A stretch of 57,176 nucleotides of DNA from IMG/VR virus record IMGVR_UViG_3300043446_003411, positions 1 to 57,176 of that record; one strand, 5' to 3'. Shown in pieces: positions 25,902 through 34,762 of the stretch (its first letter is position 1; every line of letters starts with the position of its first letter). The stretch is from a virus. Taxonomy: Duplodnaviria > Caudoviricetes. Made by a program: the position numbers and the translations under genes. The notes below the pieces were generated by a model that was given only the letters and a program-made list of their open reading frames with translations, was not told the origin of the DNA and did no database searches.

Positions 25902-28900
25902 TATGTGACCTTTTCACCGTTTTGAAGAACAAGTCCTCTTTCGCCGACCTTAACATCGAAGATACCAAGAGTCATCGGTCTAAGCAACCACGACCTGTAC
26001 TCTTTCCATCGGTCCTTTGAATCCCATTGAGAGGCACCGAAGACAGCGAACTCCACTTCGCTCCCCTCCCACTCAATCTTCACACGACCCATGTTGGTAC
26101 CGTTCTTCGTTTTGATTTCCTTGACCTCAGAGATAACGCCGGGGATCTTGACAAACGAACCCAAGAGGGAATCAAGTTCATCATATGACGTAAGAGACTC
26201 AAACCGTTCTCTGTTTTTCTCGATTATATCAGAGTTTGGATCGATAATTGAGAATCCAAACAATTCTTTTTGGTTCTCCGCCTCTTCGTGAACATCGAAC
26301 TCTCTTGGGTCAGTGCGGTCAAAAGCACCCGCCATGATGAGCGTATCGATCTGACTGGAGCGGAGCATCTGTCGTGGCGACTTGCCCTTCTTGTTTTTCT
26401 CCCAAGCCTTCTGCAGTTCGGCATGCTTGTTCTTGAAGTCTTCGATTCCGGCGTAGGGGCGATTCTCGACAACGAAACGAGCGGCCTCCTCGCCAATCCA
26501 TTTAATGTTCTTCAGACCAAACCAGATGGTTCCATCTTTCTCAGAGATCTCGATATCCGAGTTGTTGATATCAGGGGCCTTGATCTCGATCCCCATCTTT
26601 CTTGCCTCACGAATATAGAGACCGACATCGGCGGGATTCGTTTTAATGGAAGACATGATGAACTCAATCGGATGCTTCCACTTTGCATACATGGTGCGAG
26701 CAAGAATGATTGCGTAAGCGACCGCATGAGACTTATTGAACGAGTACTTGGAGAAGTCAACGATAAGATCCCAGATCTTTTTCGCATGCTCCTCCTCCAT
26801 GAAGTTCGTGGCTCTTTCCAGATACCTCGGATACTCCTTCTCCATCTCAACAACAAGTTTCTTACCAAGCATCTTACGAATGCCGTCCGCCTCTTTCATG
26901 TCATAACCGATAGCGCGGAAATAAGCGATGACCTGCTCTTGGTAAAGAAAGTCTCCGTAGGTCTCCTGAAGGATATCGCGCAGGATCGCATGAGGGTAGA
27001 CCACAGCCTCCTCCTCACTACGACGAGCAATGAACCTATCGACAACCCCTGAGCGAAGAGGACCCGGTCGATTCAGGGCGACGATTGCTGCAAGGTCTTC
27101 AATCGATCTTGGCTTTAGTTTCTTGCCGATACGCTTGGCGTTTCCATCCTCAACCTGAAACAGACCCAAGGTCCAACCGCGCTCAATCAACGCCCAGAAG
27201 TCTTCAGGAAGTTCCTCCCACTCAATCGTTTTATATGACCAGTCGCCTCCGGTCATAGACACAACAGAGCGCAGCGTACTGAGGTTGCGAAGACCGAGGC
27301 GGTCAAACTTTGGGAACCCGCATTCCTCAACTTCGCGCATCTCAACCTGAGTCGCAAGAACTTTCTTGCCTTTGGTTCCGTCATCGGATGCACGGAACAT
27401 CGTGGGAAGAACGCCACGAATATCAACGTCAGAAATAATGATTGCTGAGGCGTGAACGCCGTATGTGACGAGGCGACCACCGATTGCCTTCGCATGCTCA
27501 AAGAGTTTGGGATACTTGTCGATATACGGCTGAAGTTTCTCTGCCGCCTCTTTGTCCTCAAGAACTGCAATCTTAATTCCGTCGCCCGGCTCCCAGCCGA
27601 TCTGATCAGCGGAAATAATGTTGATATCTGGAATGGTATCGATGATCTTCTTAATTGCTTCGGCATCACCGAACGGAATACCTAGTGCCTTAGACACACG
27701 ATCAATCGTCATCTTGGGCTTCATGCGAATATGATTGCCGATAGGAATGACCTGATTGGTTCCGTATCTTGATTTGAGATATTCATCGATCTCTACACGA
27801 CGCTCAGGCTCAAAATCAATATCAATATCCGGAAGGCCCTCATCTCTACCAGCGTTGTAGAACCGCTCGAAATAAAGATTGTACTTCAGAGGATCAACAT
27901 CGGTGATACCAAGCGCATAGGCAATGAGCGATCCACCCACAGAACCACGACCGGGACCGCGCTCAATTCCGCTGTCGTCAGCCCATTTGCAAAAGTCTGC
28001 AGTGATGAGGAAGTAGTCTGCGAGACCCGCCTCAATGACGGTCTCAAGTTCGTACGCCGCTCTCTCTTCTACCTCTGGGGTGATCTCACCAAAGCGGTTA
28101 ACAAGACCCTCCTCGACCATCCTGACGATCAAGTGATTGTTGGACTTGTCCTTAGTCGCTTCTCTTGGGACGTAGACGGGGAGGTGCATACGAGGCTCGG
28201 GAAGACGAGCATCTCTGCACAATTCAAGAATCGCATGAGAGTTATCAACCGACTCAACAATCGCTGCCGCCGGAAGATATGAAAGAGCATCAGCGATTTC
28301 GTCCTCACTCTGAATATACAGACAAGGAGGATGAGACATCCTGTTTTCGTCGGTTATCTTTGCACCCGTCTGCATGCAAAGCATGACCTCATGGTGACTA
28401 TAATCAGACGCGCAAGAATAATGAGCATCGTTTGCATACACAAGAGGAACACCATGCTCGCTCGCAATAGTAACAAGTTCTTTGTTTACCTCTCTCTGAT
28501 ACGGGTCGTCGTAAGTATGCAACTCAATATAAAAATTATCACCAAAAATATCGAGATACCGATATAGATCAGATCGATCATCGTTCTTGATTCCTTTTGA
28601 CACGAGTCCGGCTAGGCATGCCGAAGTCGCTATAACTCCCTCGCTGTGCTTCTCAAGAAGTTCCCAATCTGCGCGAGGAACGAAGTAGAAGCCGGAGCGA
28701 TTTGCCTCATCGTTTATTCGCATGAGGTTCGCCACGCCAGCCTCGTTCTTAGCCAACAGAACAAGGTGGTGCTGGTCACGACTCTTTCTCTTCTCTTCTG
28801 GTCTCGAAGACCTGTGTACTGCAGCCTGATATGCCTCTATGCCGAAGCCCGGCAAAAGGCCACGACTACGCATCGCTTTATCAAAAGATCTCCAACCGGC

Positions 28901-29029
28901 AACAACGCCATGATCTGTAATGAATGCACCGGGGGCACCGATCTCAGATATACGATTCGCTATCTCAGTGACTGTCGAAAAGCCATCGAGGGCGCTGAAT
29001 TCACTGTGGTTGTGAATAGGAACAGCCAT
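25901..29029 (-). CDS. dnaE: DNA polymerase III alpha subunit
   Basis: PHP HNHSEFSALDG, GPGRGS, PDIDIDF, KFDRLGL, YSFNKSH, C-terminal OB fold. Confidence 0.97.
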   Translation of the reverse strand: MAVPIHNHSEFSALDGFSTVTEIANRISEIGAPGAFITDHGVVAGWRSFDKAMRSRGLLPGFGIEAYQAAVHRSSRPEEKRKSRDQHHLVLLAKNEAGVANLMRINDEANRSGFYFVPRADWELLEKHSEGVIATSACLAGLVSKGIKNDDRSDLYRYLDIFGDNFYIELHTYDDPYQREVNKELVTIASEHGVPLVYANDAHYSCASDYSHHEVMLCMQTGAKITDENRMSHPPCLYIQSEDEIADALSYLPAAAIVESVDNSHAILELCRDARLPEPRMHLPVYVPREATKDKSNNHLIVRMVEEGLVNRFGEITPEVEERAAYELETVIEAGLADYFLITADFCKWADDSGIERGPGRGSVGGSLIAYALGITDVDPLKYNLYFERFYNAGRDEGLPDIDIDFEPERRVEIDEYLKSRYGTNQVIPIGNHIRMKPKMTIDRVSKALGIPFGDAEAIKKIIDTIPDINIISADQIGWEPGDGIKIAVLEDKEAAEKLQPYIDKYPKLFEHAKAIGGRLVTYGVHASAIIISDVDIRGVLPTMFRASDDGTKGKKVLATQVEMREVEECGFPKFDRLGLRNLSTLRSVVSMTGGDWSYKTIEWEELPEDFWALIERGWTLGLFQVEDGNAKRIGKKLKPRSIEDLAAIVALNRPGPLRSGVVDRFIARRSEEEAVVYPHAILRDILQETYGDFLYQEQVIAYFRAIGYDMKEADGIRKMLGKKLVVEMEKEYPRYLERATNFMEEEHAKKIWDLIVDFSKYSFNKSHAVAYAIILARTMYAKWKHPIEFIMSSIKTNPADVGLYIREARKMGIEIKAPDINNSDIEISEKDGTIWFGLKNIKWIGEEAARFVVENRPYAGIEDFKNKHAELQKAWEKNKKGKSPRQMLRSSQIDTLIMAGAFDRTDPREFDVHEEAENQKELFGFSIIDPNSDIIEKNRERFESLTSYDELDSLLGSFVKIPGVISEVKEIKTKNGTNMGRVKIEWEGSEVEFAVFGASQWDSKDRWKEYRSWLLRPMTLGIFDVKVGERGLVLQNGEKVT

Positions 29030-29051
29030 CTAATTACTCCCCATAAGGTTA

Positions 29052-29078
29052 GGGCGGGAGCCTGCCCGACTCCCGCCC
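29052..29078 (-). terminator. GC-rich hairpin between ssb and dnaE (weak terminator or stabiliser)
   Basis: GGGCGGGAG/CTCCCGCCC stem with no strong U tract. Confidence 0.45.
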
Positions 29079-29095
29079 CCTGTCCTTCTCGTCAC

Positions 29096-29914
29096 CTACT
29101 CAGTGACTTCATCAATCTTAGCACGAAGAGCAGCGAACTTGGTGTTCGAGGGCGCATCTTCGTTATCCCAAGGTGCGGACTCATCCGAGACCTCCTGCTT
29201 GGGCTTCTCCGGAGCGAAACGCGACAACTTCGCATTGTCCGGCAGAGGATCGATCAACTTGCGGACACGGTTCTCGTCAGCAAGATGGGTCAGATACTCA
29301 TCGATGTTGGGGATGACACTAGCGTAGTCGGAGAGATCCATCGCAGGCATATCGGTCTTGATGAACTCATAGCGAGTGCTGATCTTCTCACCACGACGAG
29401 TCACCGAAAAGATGGAGTTCTCAATCGAACTGCCCGTATCGCTTTCGAACGTGGCGAGCCACGAAAAGAAGTTGGCGGGATGCTGAATGATCAGGCCGAT
29501 CTCCGGAATCGTCTCGCCCTTGCGAGTAGTCTTTGTTGCGATGTTCCAGCCGCTAATCTTGCCTTCGGAATTGCGAACCGGCTCAAGAGCAGCAGCCGCA
29601 GCAACACAGCGGTCGCGGGGCTGAAGATCAAAGCGGGTCCAGATCGGATCGTAGCCGTCCTCGCCGTCAATACCGGCATCGCGGCGCGACACGAAGTCGT
29701 TGTAGATCAGCGAACCATCTTCACGAGCACCCGTAATGATGAACTGGTGCATCTTCACACGCGGAATATCTTCCAACGGAGTGATGAACTGGATGTACTT
29801 CTTCTCTTCCTGCGCCCACTGAATGAACTGAGGGCGGGGAGTGCCGTCGGAAGTTCCACCCGTGGGGGCGGGGTTGTGGAGGATGGCAGCGCCACCCTTG
29901 CGGAAATTAGGCAT
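29096..29914 (-). CDS. single-stranded DNA-binding protein (phage gp32-like)
   Basis: Lies in the replication block; TRRG....T.Y motif; acidic aromatic tail. Confidence 0.6.
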   Translation of the reverse strand: MPNFRKGGAAILHNPAPTGGTSDGTPRPQFIQWAQEEKKYIQFITPLEDIPRVKMHQFIITGAREDGSLIYNDFVSRRDAGIDGEDGYDPIWTRFDLQPRDRCVAAAAALEPVRNSEGKISGWNIATKTTRKGETIPEIGLIIQHPANFFSWLATFESDTGSSIENSIFSVTRRGEKISTRYEFIKTDMPAMDLSDYASVIPNIDEYLTHLADENRVRKLIDPLPDNAKLSRFAPEKPKQEVSDESAPWDNEDAPSNTKFAALRAKIDEVTE

Positions 29915-30047
29915 TCTCGTTCTCCTTGTTTAGGTCTACGTTTAGTTCGTTCTTCTCTTCTTCGGTCATCTCAGATACAGCCGTCTTAGCCGTGCGCTGA
30001 AGATGGGTATCAATGACCTGCTTTTCTTCTTCTGTCACGTTTTCCAT
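29907..30047 (-). CDS. small acidic protein
   Basis: MENVTEEE... Confidence 0.55.
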   Translation of the reverse strand: MENVTEEEKQVIDTHLQRTAKTAVSEMTEEEKNELNVDLNKENENA

Positions 30048-30079
30048 TTTCTCTGACTTTTGAAACTTTTGAAATCCCA

Positions 30080-31093
30080 CTATAACTCCTTCATGAACCA
30101 AGGTTTTGCGTTTTCGATCAGGTCGCGAACCTGAAAGCCGTTCAGATCATTCAGGTCCTCTTTCTCTGCTCCCGACAAACCGATCACATGAACCGGGATT
30201 GTCTTTCGCAGACGATTACAGACCATATCACATGCCGACTGGCCTGCGTGGTCGTTATCAAATGAGAGTATAACACCCCATGAAAAAGAACGCAAGAGAC
30301 GGATTTGTTCATCCGTAACTTGAGCACCAAATGTTGCTACTGCAGTATATCCCAATTGATAAAGATATATTGCGGTTATCGCACTTTCTACAACGACGAC
30401 GGACTGCGTATTATTCCCGACAGCAGCCTCATCATACGCGAAAAGAGTTTCTCCTTTTGGGAACCCTTTTGAATTCGTGTATTTCGGTATATTCTTGGGT
30501 CGATCATTATCGATCCACCTCTCCTGATATCCTACGAGATTACCCTCAAAGAAATGAGGAATGATAGCAGCAGGGCCAACATAATTTCCCCTCTGGTGAT
30601 TCGGGTCAAAGCCGAGCGCGAATCGATCCTGAGTTGTTTTGTCGATCCCTCTTGACTCAAAATAAGGACAATAATCGGTCGTCCAGTCTTTGAGAATAGA
30701 TTTGTTGAAACGAGGGATTGGCTCTGGGCTCGTCCTCTTTTGCTGCTGAGATGCGAATATCCGATCAAGTCGTTCTCCGAACGAAATGGCATTGCTAGAT
30801 CCGTCCTCGTAGGTTTTGCAGAAACGGTATGCCTGATCGTAGTCGACATTGAGAATCCTTGCGACGAGATCAATGACGTTACCGCCAATGCCGCAAGCAA
30901 AACAGTTGTAGACCAACTTTGTTCTATTGATTGAGAAACTAGGGTTTGAGTCCATGCCATTGTGGGAGGGCAGGGGACATCGGCAGATGTCTTCATTTCC
31001 CGACTTCTTGATTACATCGATATCAAGAGCGTCTTCCAGAAGATCAATGTCGAGAGTCCCTTGCAGGGAGGACATCTGCTCCTTGACGCTCAT
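30080..31093 (-). CDS. dnaG: DNA primase
   Basis: CHC2 zinc finger (CPLPSH...CFAC); TOPRIM (VVES, FDND.AG, DLND). Confidence 0.93.
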   Translation of the reverse strand: MSVKEQMSSLQGTLDIDLLEDALDIDVIKKSGNEDICRCPLPSHNGMDSNPSFSINRTKLVYNCFACGIGGNVIDLVARILNVDYDQAYRFCKTYEDGSSNAISFGERLDRIFASQQQKRTSPEPIPRFNKSILKDWTTDYCPYFESRGIDKTTQDRFALGFDPNHQRGNYVGPAAIIPHFFEGNLVGYQERWIDNDRPKNIPKYTNSKGFPKGETLFAYDEAAVGNNTQSVVVVESAITAIYLYQLGYTAVATFGAQVTDEQIRLLRSFSWGVILSFDNDHAGQSACDMVCNRLRKTIPVHVIGLSGAEKEDLNDLNGFQVRDLIENAKPWFMKEL

Positions 31094-32331
31094 GACCGTC
31101 CGGTGATCCTAAAATTTGAATTCTGGGACAACTCGACAATCATCTCCCACTTCTCAGCACGGTACGATCTTGCTTCGATAACACCGAACTCCAGAACCCT
31201 AGACTTACGCATGTCCTCGCTCTGATGCAAGCCCAGAACAACATCCGCCGTCTGACCAATAGAGTCGGAAAGACCGATCTTTGACAGGTCTGCCATTTCG
31301 GATAGTTTCGCCGCTTCCCTATTGAACTGGGCTGCGATATAGATCGGGAACTCAGAACAGGCGTCCTTCAGGTCCTCATTGATGTATTCGATTTCTCGAA
31401 ACCTCAGATCCGCTTTGACCTTGACCGTAGACTCCAGAAATTTCAACTGATCGATATAGATGATTTCTGCGCCGTGCTCTTTCGCAATCATCTTCAGGGC
31501 ATGAACGGTTCGTTCGCCTCTCGGCGGCTTGATAATCTTGATCTCAGAGGATTCGTTGATTCTCTCAAGGTTTCGCGTCATCAGATCCATATCTGACGGC
31601 ATAAGTTCTTTATTCCTGAAGCCGGACCAAGAGATGCCCGACGCCATACAGGCGTACCTTTGAAACATTTCGGCCATCTCCATCTCAAGTGTAAAGAACA
31701 CCGCTCTTCTCCCTTGCTTCTGCGCCTCAACCATACTCTTCATCAGCATCCATGACTTGTAGCGCTTTGGACGACCAATGACGTATACGAGTTCGCCGCG
31801 CTTAAGTCCTTTGAGGACGTTATCAACTTCAGGGAAACCATAGGTTATCCCGTCGCCAACATCTTGGTGCTCCCAATAGTCACGAAGAACAGAATCAAAT
31901 TCCGTAGAAGACATTTCTGTCTTCCGGTCTCTAACCGATTCACGAATTCTATAGAGTTCATTGCTGATGTCGTCTAGGACATCAGACGGCGAATCCTTAT
32001 AGATTCTTTTCGCGAGTTCGGTTAGCGCCGTTTCTGTTTGCGAACGTGCATATCGATCTCTGAATTGGTCGATGAGCCATTCGACTTCCGAGGACGGCTG
32101 AATAAAAGAGATGTCAATAAAACGGGATTCAAGAATTTCCTTCGTGGCGGGTGTCCCATACTTCTGTATGTGGGAGAACTGATATTCAAGTACCGACCGC
32201 GAAAATGCCTCTTCCTCAGTGAGGTAGTCGGGATTGAATCTCAGGTCAAAAAGACGCTGGGCGCTTTCAGCAAGAGCGAGGTGGTCAAGAAGTTCATTCT
32301 CCAGCGATAGGAGTTTCGTTGCCTGTTCCAT
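31090..32331 (-). CDS. dnaB: replicative DnaB-like helicase
   Basis: GRPKRYKS, FTLEM, IYIDQL, AQFNR, SDSIGQTADVV. Confidence 0.9.
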   Translation of the reverse strand: MEQATKLLSLENELLDHLALAESAQRLFDLRFNPDYLTEEEAFSRSVLEYQFSHIQKYGTPATKEILESRFIDISFIQPSSEVEWLIDQFRDRYARSQTETALTELAKRIYKDSPSDVLDDISNELYRIRESVRDRKTEMSSTEFDSVLRDYWEHQDVGDGITYGFPEVDNVLKGLKRGELVYVIGRPKRYKSWMLMKSMVEAQKQGRRAVFFTLEMEMAEMFQRYACMASGISWSGFRNKELMPSDMDLMTRNLERINESSEIKIIKPPRGERTVHALKMIAKEHGAEIIYIDQLKFLESTVKVKADLRFREIEYINEDLKDACSEFPIYIAAQFNREAAKLSEMADLSKIGLSDSIGQTADVVLGLHQSEDMRKSRVLEFGVIEARSYRAEKWEMIVELSQNSNFRITGRS

Positions 32332-32947
32332 TCTTCCCCGACTTGATGATTTCGATTGCCTGCTGGACGTTCTTGCTGTGCTTTTCCTTTAGGACGGTAG
32401 CAGGGTTGCCATACCGTCGCAAGGCGTCTTGCAAGGTCTTATCGAAAATCTCCATTTCTCCCGGTGGCTGATTGTCGTCGTCACGGCTTGAGACAGCCAC
32501 AAGAAGATCGGGGTTTGTAATTGGGAGATAGAACACATGCGTATACAGGGCGAAAGAATCAATAGTCAAATATGCAAATAGTTGCGCAGCAGTAAGTTCT
32601 CGCATAAGGACTCCGTTCTTCTCGTCCCTATCGCCGCTAGCGTTTGCGATAATTTCAGCATGAAAGCCGGTGTAGCACAATGTATCGAACATTGTTCCGC
32701 AAACAATAAAGTTCTTATCCTCTAGGGTAAGTCTTCTTGCCTCTTGTTCACGATATGAGGCGATATGCAGATTTGGCAGATATGTCGATTCAACGCCGAT
32801 ACTCATTTGCATCTTCTGCTGGAGTTTTTCAACGTAGCCATCGACAACCTGAAACTGGTATTCAGGAAGTGCTCTCTTGAGTGCTGAAGCAAAACGAGTC
32901 TTGCCCGATCCGGGCACACCTATAATTGCAATTCTAACCTTATTCAT
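32294..32947 (-). CDS. P-loop NTPase/kinase
   Basis: N-terminal GVPGSGKT. Confidence 0.7.
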   Translation of the reverse strand: MNKVRIAIIGVPGSGKTRFASALKRALPEYQFQVVDGYVEKLQQKMQMSIGVESTYLPNLHIASYREQEARRLTLEDKNFIVCGTMFDTLCYTGFHAEIIANASGDRDEKNGVLMRELTAAQLFAYLTIDSFALYTHVFYLPITNPDLLVAVSSRDDDNQPPGEMEIFDKTLQDALRRYGNPATVLKEKHSKNVQQAIEIIKSGKNGTGNETPIAGE

Positions 32948-33521
32948 CTTCTACCTTCTTTGGCGATGACATTCTAAGTTGGATCTTACCAGCCTTTGAG
33001 GCGTCTTGCAGGATAGAGAGATATTCTGGCTTCTCTTCTATCATCTTCATCGCTTTCTTCTCGTTAAGTTCGTAAACAATTTTCATGTCAACGATTTGTT
33101 CAAAAATCTCTGGATTGTATTCTTCAAGTTTCAGATAATCAAATGTCGTTCCGACGACTGCCGTTGTTCTACTCAACTGGTAGCCTTCGGGATTCACCCA
33201 TTCAAACTTCATCTTTGTCGGGTCTTCTTCTATGACAATCTGATTCTCATCATACTGAGATATACGCCAACCGGGATGATTGTTCTCAACAAAAGTTTCC
33301 GCCTGCGCACGCGAGGCGCATTTTTCTTCAAGCACCTCGGTTTTGAGTGATCCTGAAAGTTCTAGGTACTCATTCGCTAGTTCGAAGAAGACTTCTCTGA
33401 GTTGTTTTTTCGAGTCCTCTATCTTCTTGAGTTCGACGCATACGTCATCTATCTCAGCAACGATATCGTCAAGTTTGTCAGATAGTATTTGTAGGCGATC
33501 CACAGCGGGGGCAGATTCCAT
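32940..33521 (-). CDS. hypothetical protein
   Basis: Coiled-coil N-terminus. Confidence 0.7.
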   Translation of the reverse strand: MESAPAVDRLQILSDKLDDIVAEIDDVCVELKKIEDSKKQLREVFFELANEYLELSGSLKTEVLEEKCASRAQAETFVENNHPGWRISQYDENQIVIEEDPTKMKFEWVNPEGYQLSRTTAVVGTTFDYLKLEEYNPEIFEQIVDMKIVYELNEKKAMKMIEEKPEYLSILQDASKAGKIQLRMSSPKKVEDE

Positions 33522-33774
33522 TTTCTACTTGCCGTTCCTTTCCTTCTTTGGGGTTATCGTACCAGTCACAAAAGTAATTGTCGTATACCTGATCTATGTG
33601 AGAACAGGTGTGTCGAAATTTATATCCCTGACAACTGCAGGTCGAGTTCTCCATCGCCCAAGGGTATATCGTAACATCGTAATATCTGCCGGCCTCACTA
33701 TGGGACTCTATCTGAATAGAAATGCTTTTTTCATATTCAGAAATTAAATCTGAAAATTGAGAACAGATTTCCAT
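33478..33774 (-). CDS. small SWIM zinc-finger protein
   Basis: CSCQGYKFRHTCSH plus CPRC; start trimmed to MEICS. Confidence 0.7.
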   Translation of the reverse strand: MEICSQFSDLISEYEKSISIQIESHSEAGRYYDVTIYPWAMENSTCSCQGYKFRHTCSHIDQVYDNYFCDWYDNPKEGKERQVENGICPRCGSPTNTI

Positions 33775-33779
33775 TTGAA

Positions 33780-33823
33780 GGGGGACTATAGGGGGTAGGA
33801 GGGGGTGTGGGGGAGGAAGGGGG
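33780..33823 (+). repeat. five G5 tracts (G-quadruplex-capable) at the strand switch
   Basis: GGGGG at 33780, 33791, 33801, 33809 and 33819. Confidence 0.8.
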
Positions 33824-33863
33824 ATTCTGCCAGAGATTGTTTTGAACCGCAAGCGGACTTGAT

Positions 33864-34685
33864 TTGAATTCCGCCGGGACTTCGTCTAGGCTGGTCGCCG
33901 TGAACAGATACTCCTCGATTTTCGACCCAGCCGAATACGCCGAACTGGAGTCTCGTGTCAGTTATCGGAAGCACGGAGATCTCTGCCCGACGTGCAAGGG
34001 CACTGGGTACTACGAGTACAAGGGAGAGACACATGAATGCGAAAAAGACTATGACGGGATATGCATTCAAAGAAAACTGTTCCTCAGATACGAACTTGCG
34101 AACATCCCTCTAGATTATCACAGAATAGATTGGGCCGATTTCGATACACAGCCAGAAGCGAAGCAATGTATAGAGGCCTACGTCAACAATCTGGATAACG
34201 CAATCGACAAAGGTCTTGGGCTATATGTCAACAGCACCGGACTTGGGACCGGCAAAACGCTGATCGGTTGTCACGTTTTGAAAGAGGCTGTGAAGAAAAA
34301 TAACCGAGCATACTTCTGTCAGTTTATGGATCTGGTCAATATCACTAATGATCATTATCAGAAAATAGAAGACAAACTTCTGAATTCAGACATTGTGTGC
34401 ATTGATGACATAGTCTCATCGAGCATATCCGTTAAGCAGAACGATCTGTTCAAGTATCTGCTTGAGAAGACAATTAGGCATCGAGTTCATAATGAGATGT
34501 CAATCATAGTCACATCCAATTTGGAGAGTGACGAATTCCTCAAAGCATACGACAGAGTATTTTCTCTGCTTATGAGTAGCGCGTTTGAGATTAAGTTAAA
34601 GTCATCAATCGACTATCGTAGAGACTTTTTGGCAACAGAAATTGATGCACTTTTGCGGTCAAAAGAGATCGCACCGATAACCTAA
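33864..34685 (+). CDS. DnaC/IstB-like helicase loader ATPase
   Basis: N-terminal CPTC..C Zn motif, GTGKT, CIDDI, VTSN, DRVFS. Confidence 0.85.
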   Translation: MNSAGTSSRLVAVNRYSSIFDPAEYAELESRVSYRKHGDLCPTCKGTGYYEYKGETHECEKDYDGICIQRKLFLRYELANIPLDYHRIDWADFDTQPEAKQCIEAYVNNLDNAIDKGLGLYVNSTGLGTGKTLIGCHVLKEAVKKNNRAYFCQFMDLVNITNDHYQKIEDKLLNSDIVCIDDIVSSSISVKQNDLFKYLLEKTIRHRVHNEMSIIVTSNLESDEFLKAYDRVFSLLMSSAFEIKLKSSIDYRRDFLATEIDALLRSKEIAPIT

Positions 34686-34699
34686 AGAATTGTTCGATC

Positions 34700-34746
34700 C
34701 TACCACATCAAGACGATGCGGTTCTTTGAAATAAAACATATAGCGC
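34700..34746 (+). promoter_or_regulatory. tandem NrdR-box-like operators
   Basis: CTACCACATCAAGACG and ATAAAACATATAGCGC, starts 31 bp apart, directly upstream of the RNR gene. Confidence 0.45.
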
Positions 34747-34762
34747 CGAATTAGGAGATACG

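Noticed and set aside
28646-29989. 447-aa plus-strand ORF (also 26270..27052, 45906..46571 and many shorter ones)
   Set aside because: Antisense shadows of well-supported genes (ssb, dnaE, SpoU) with no recognisable motifs
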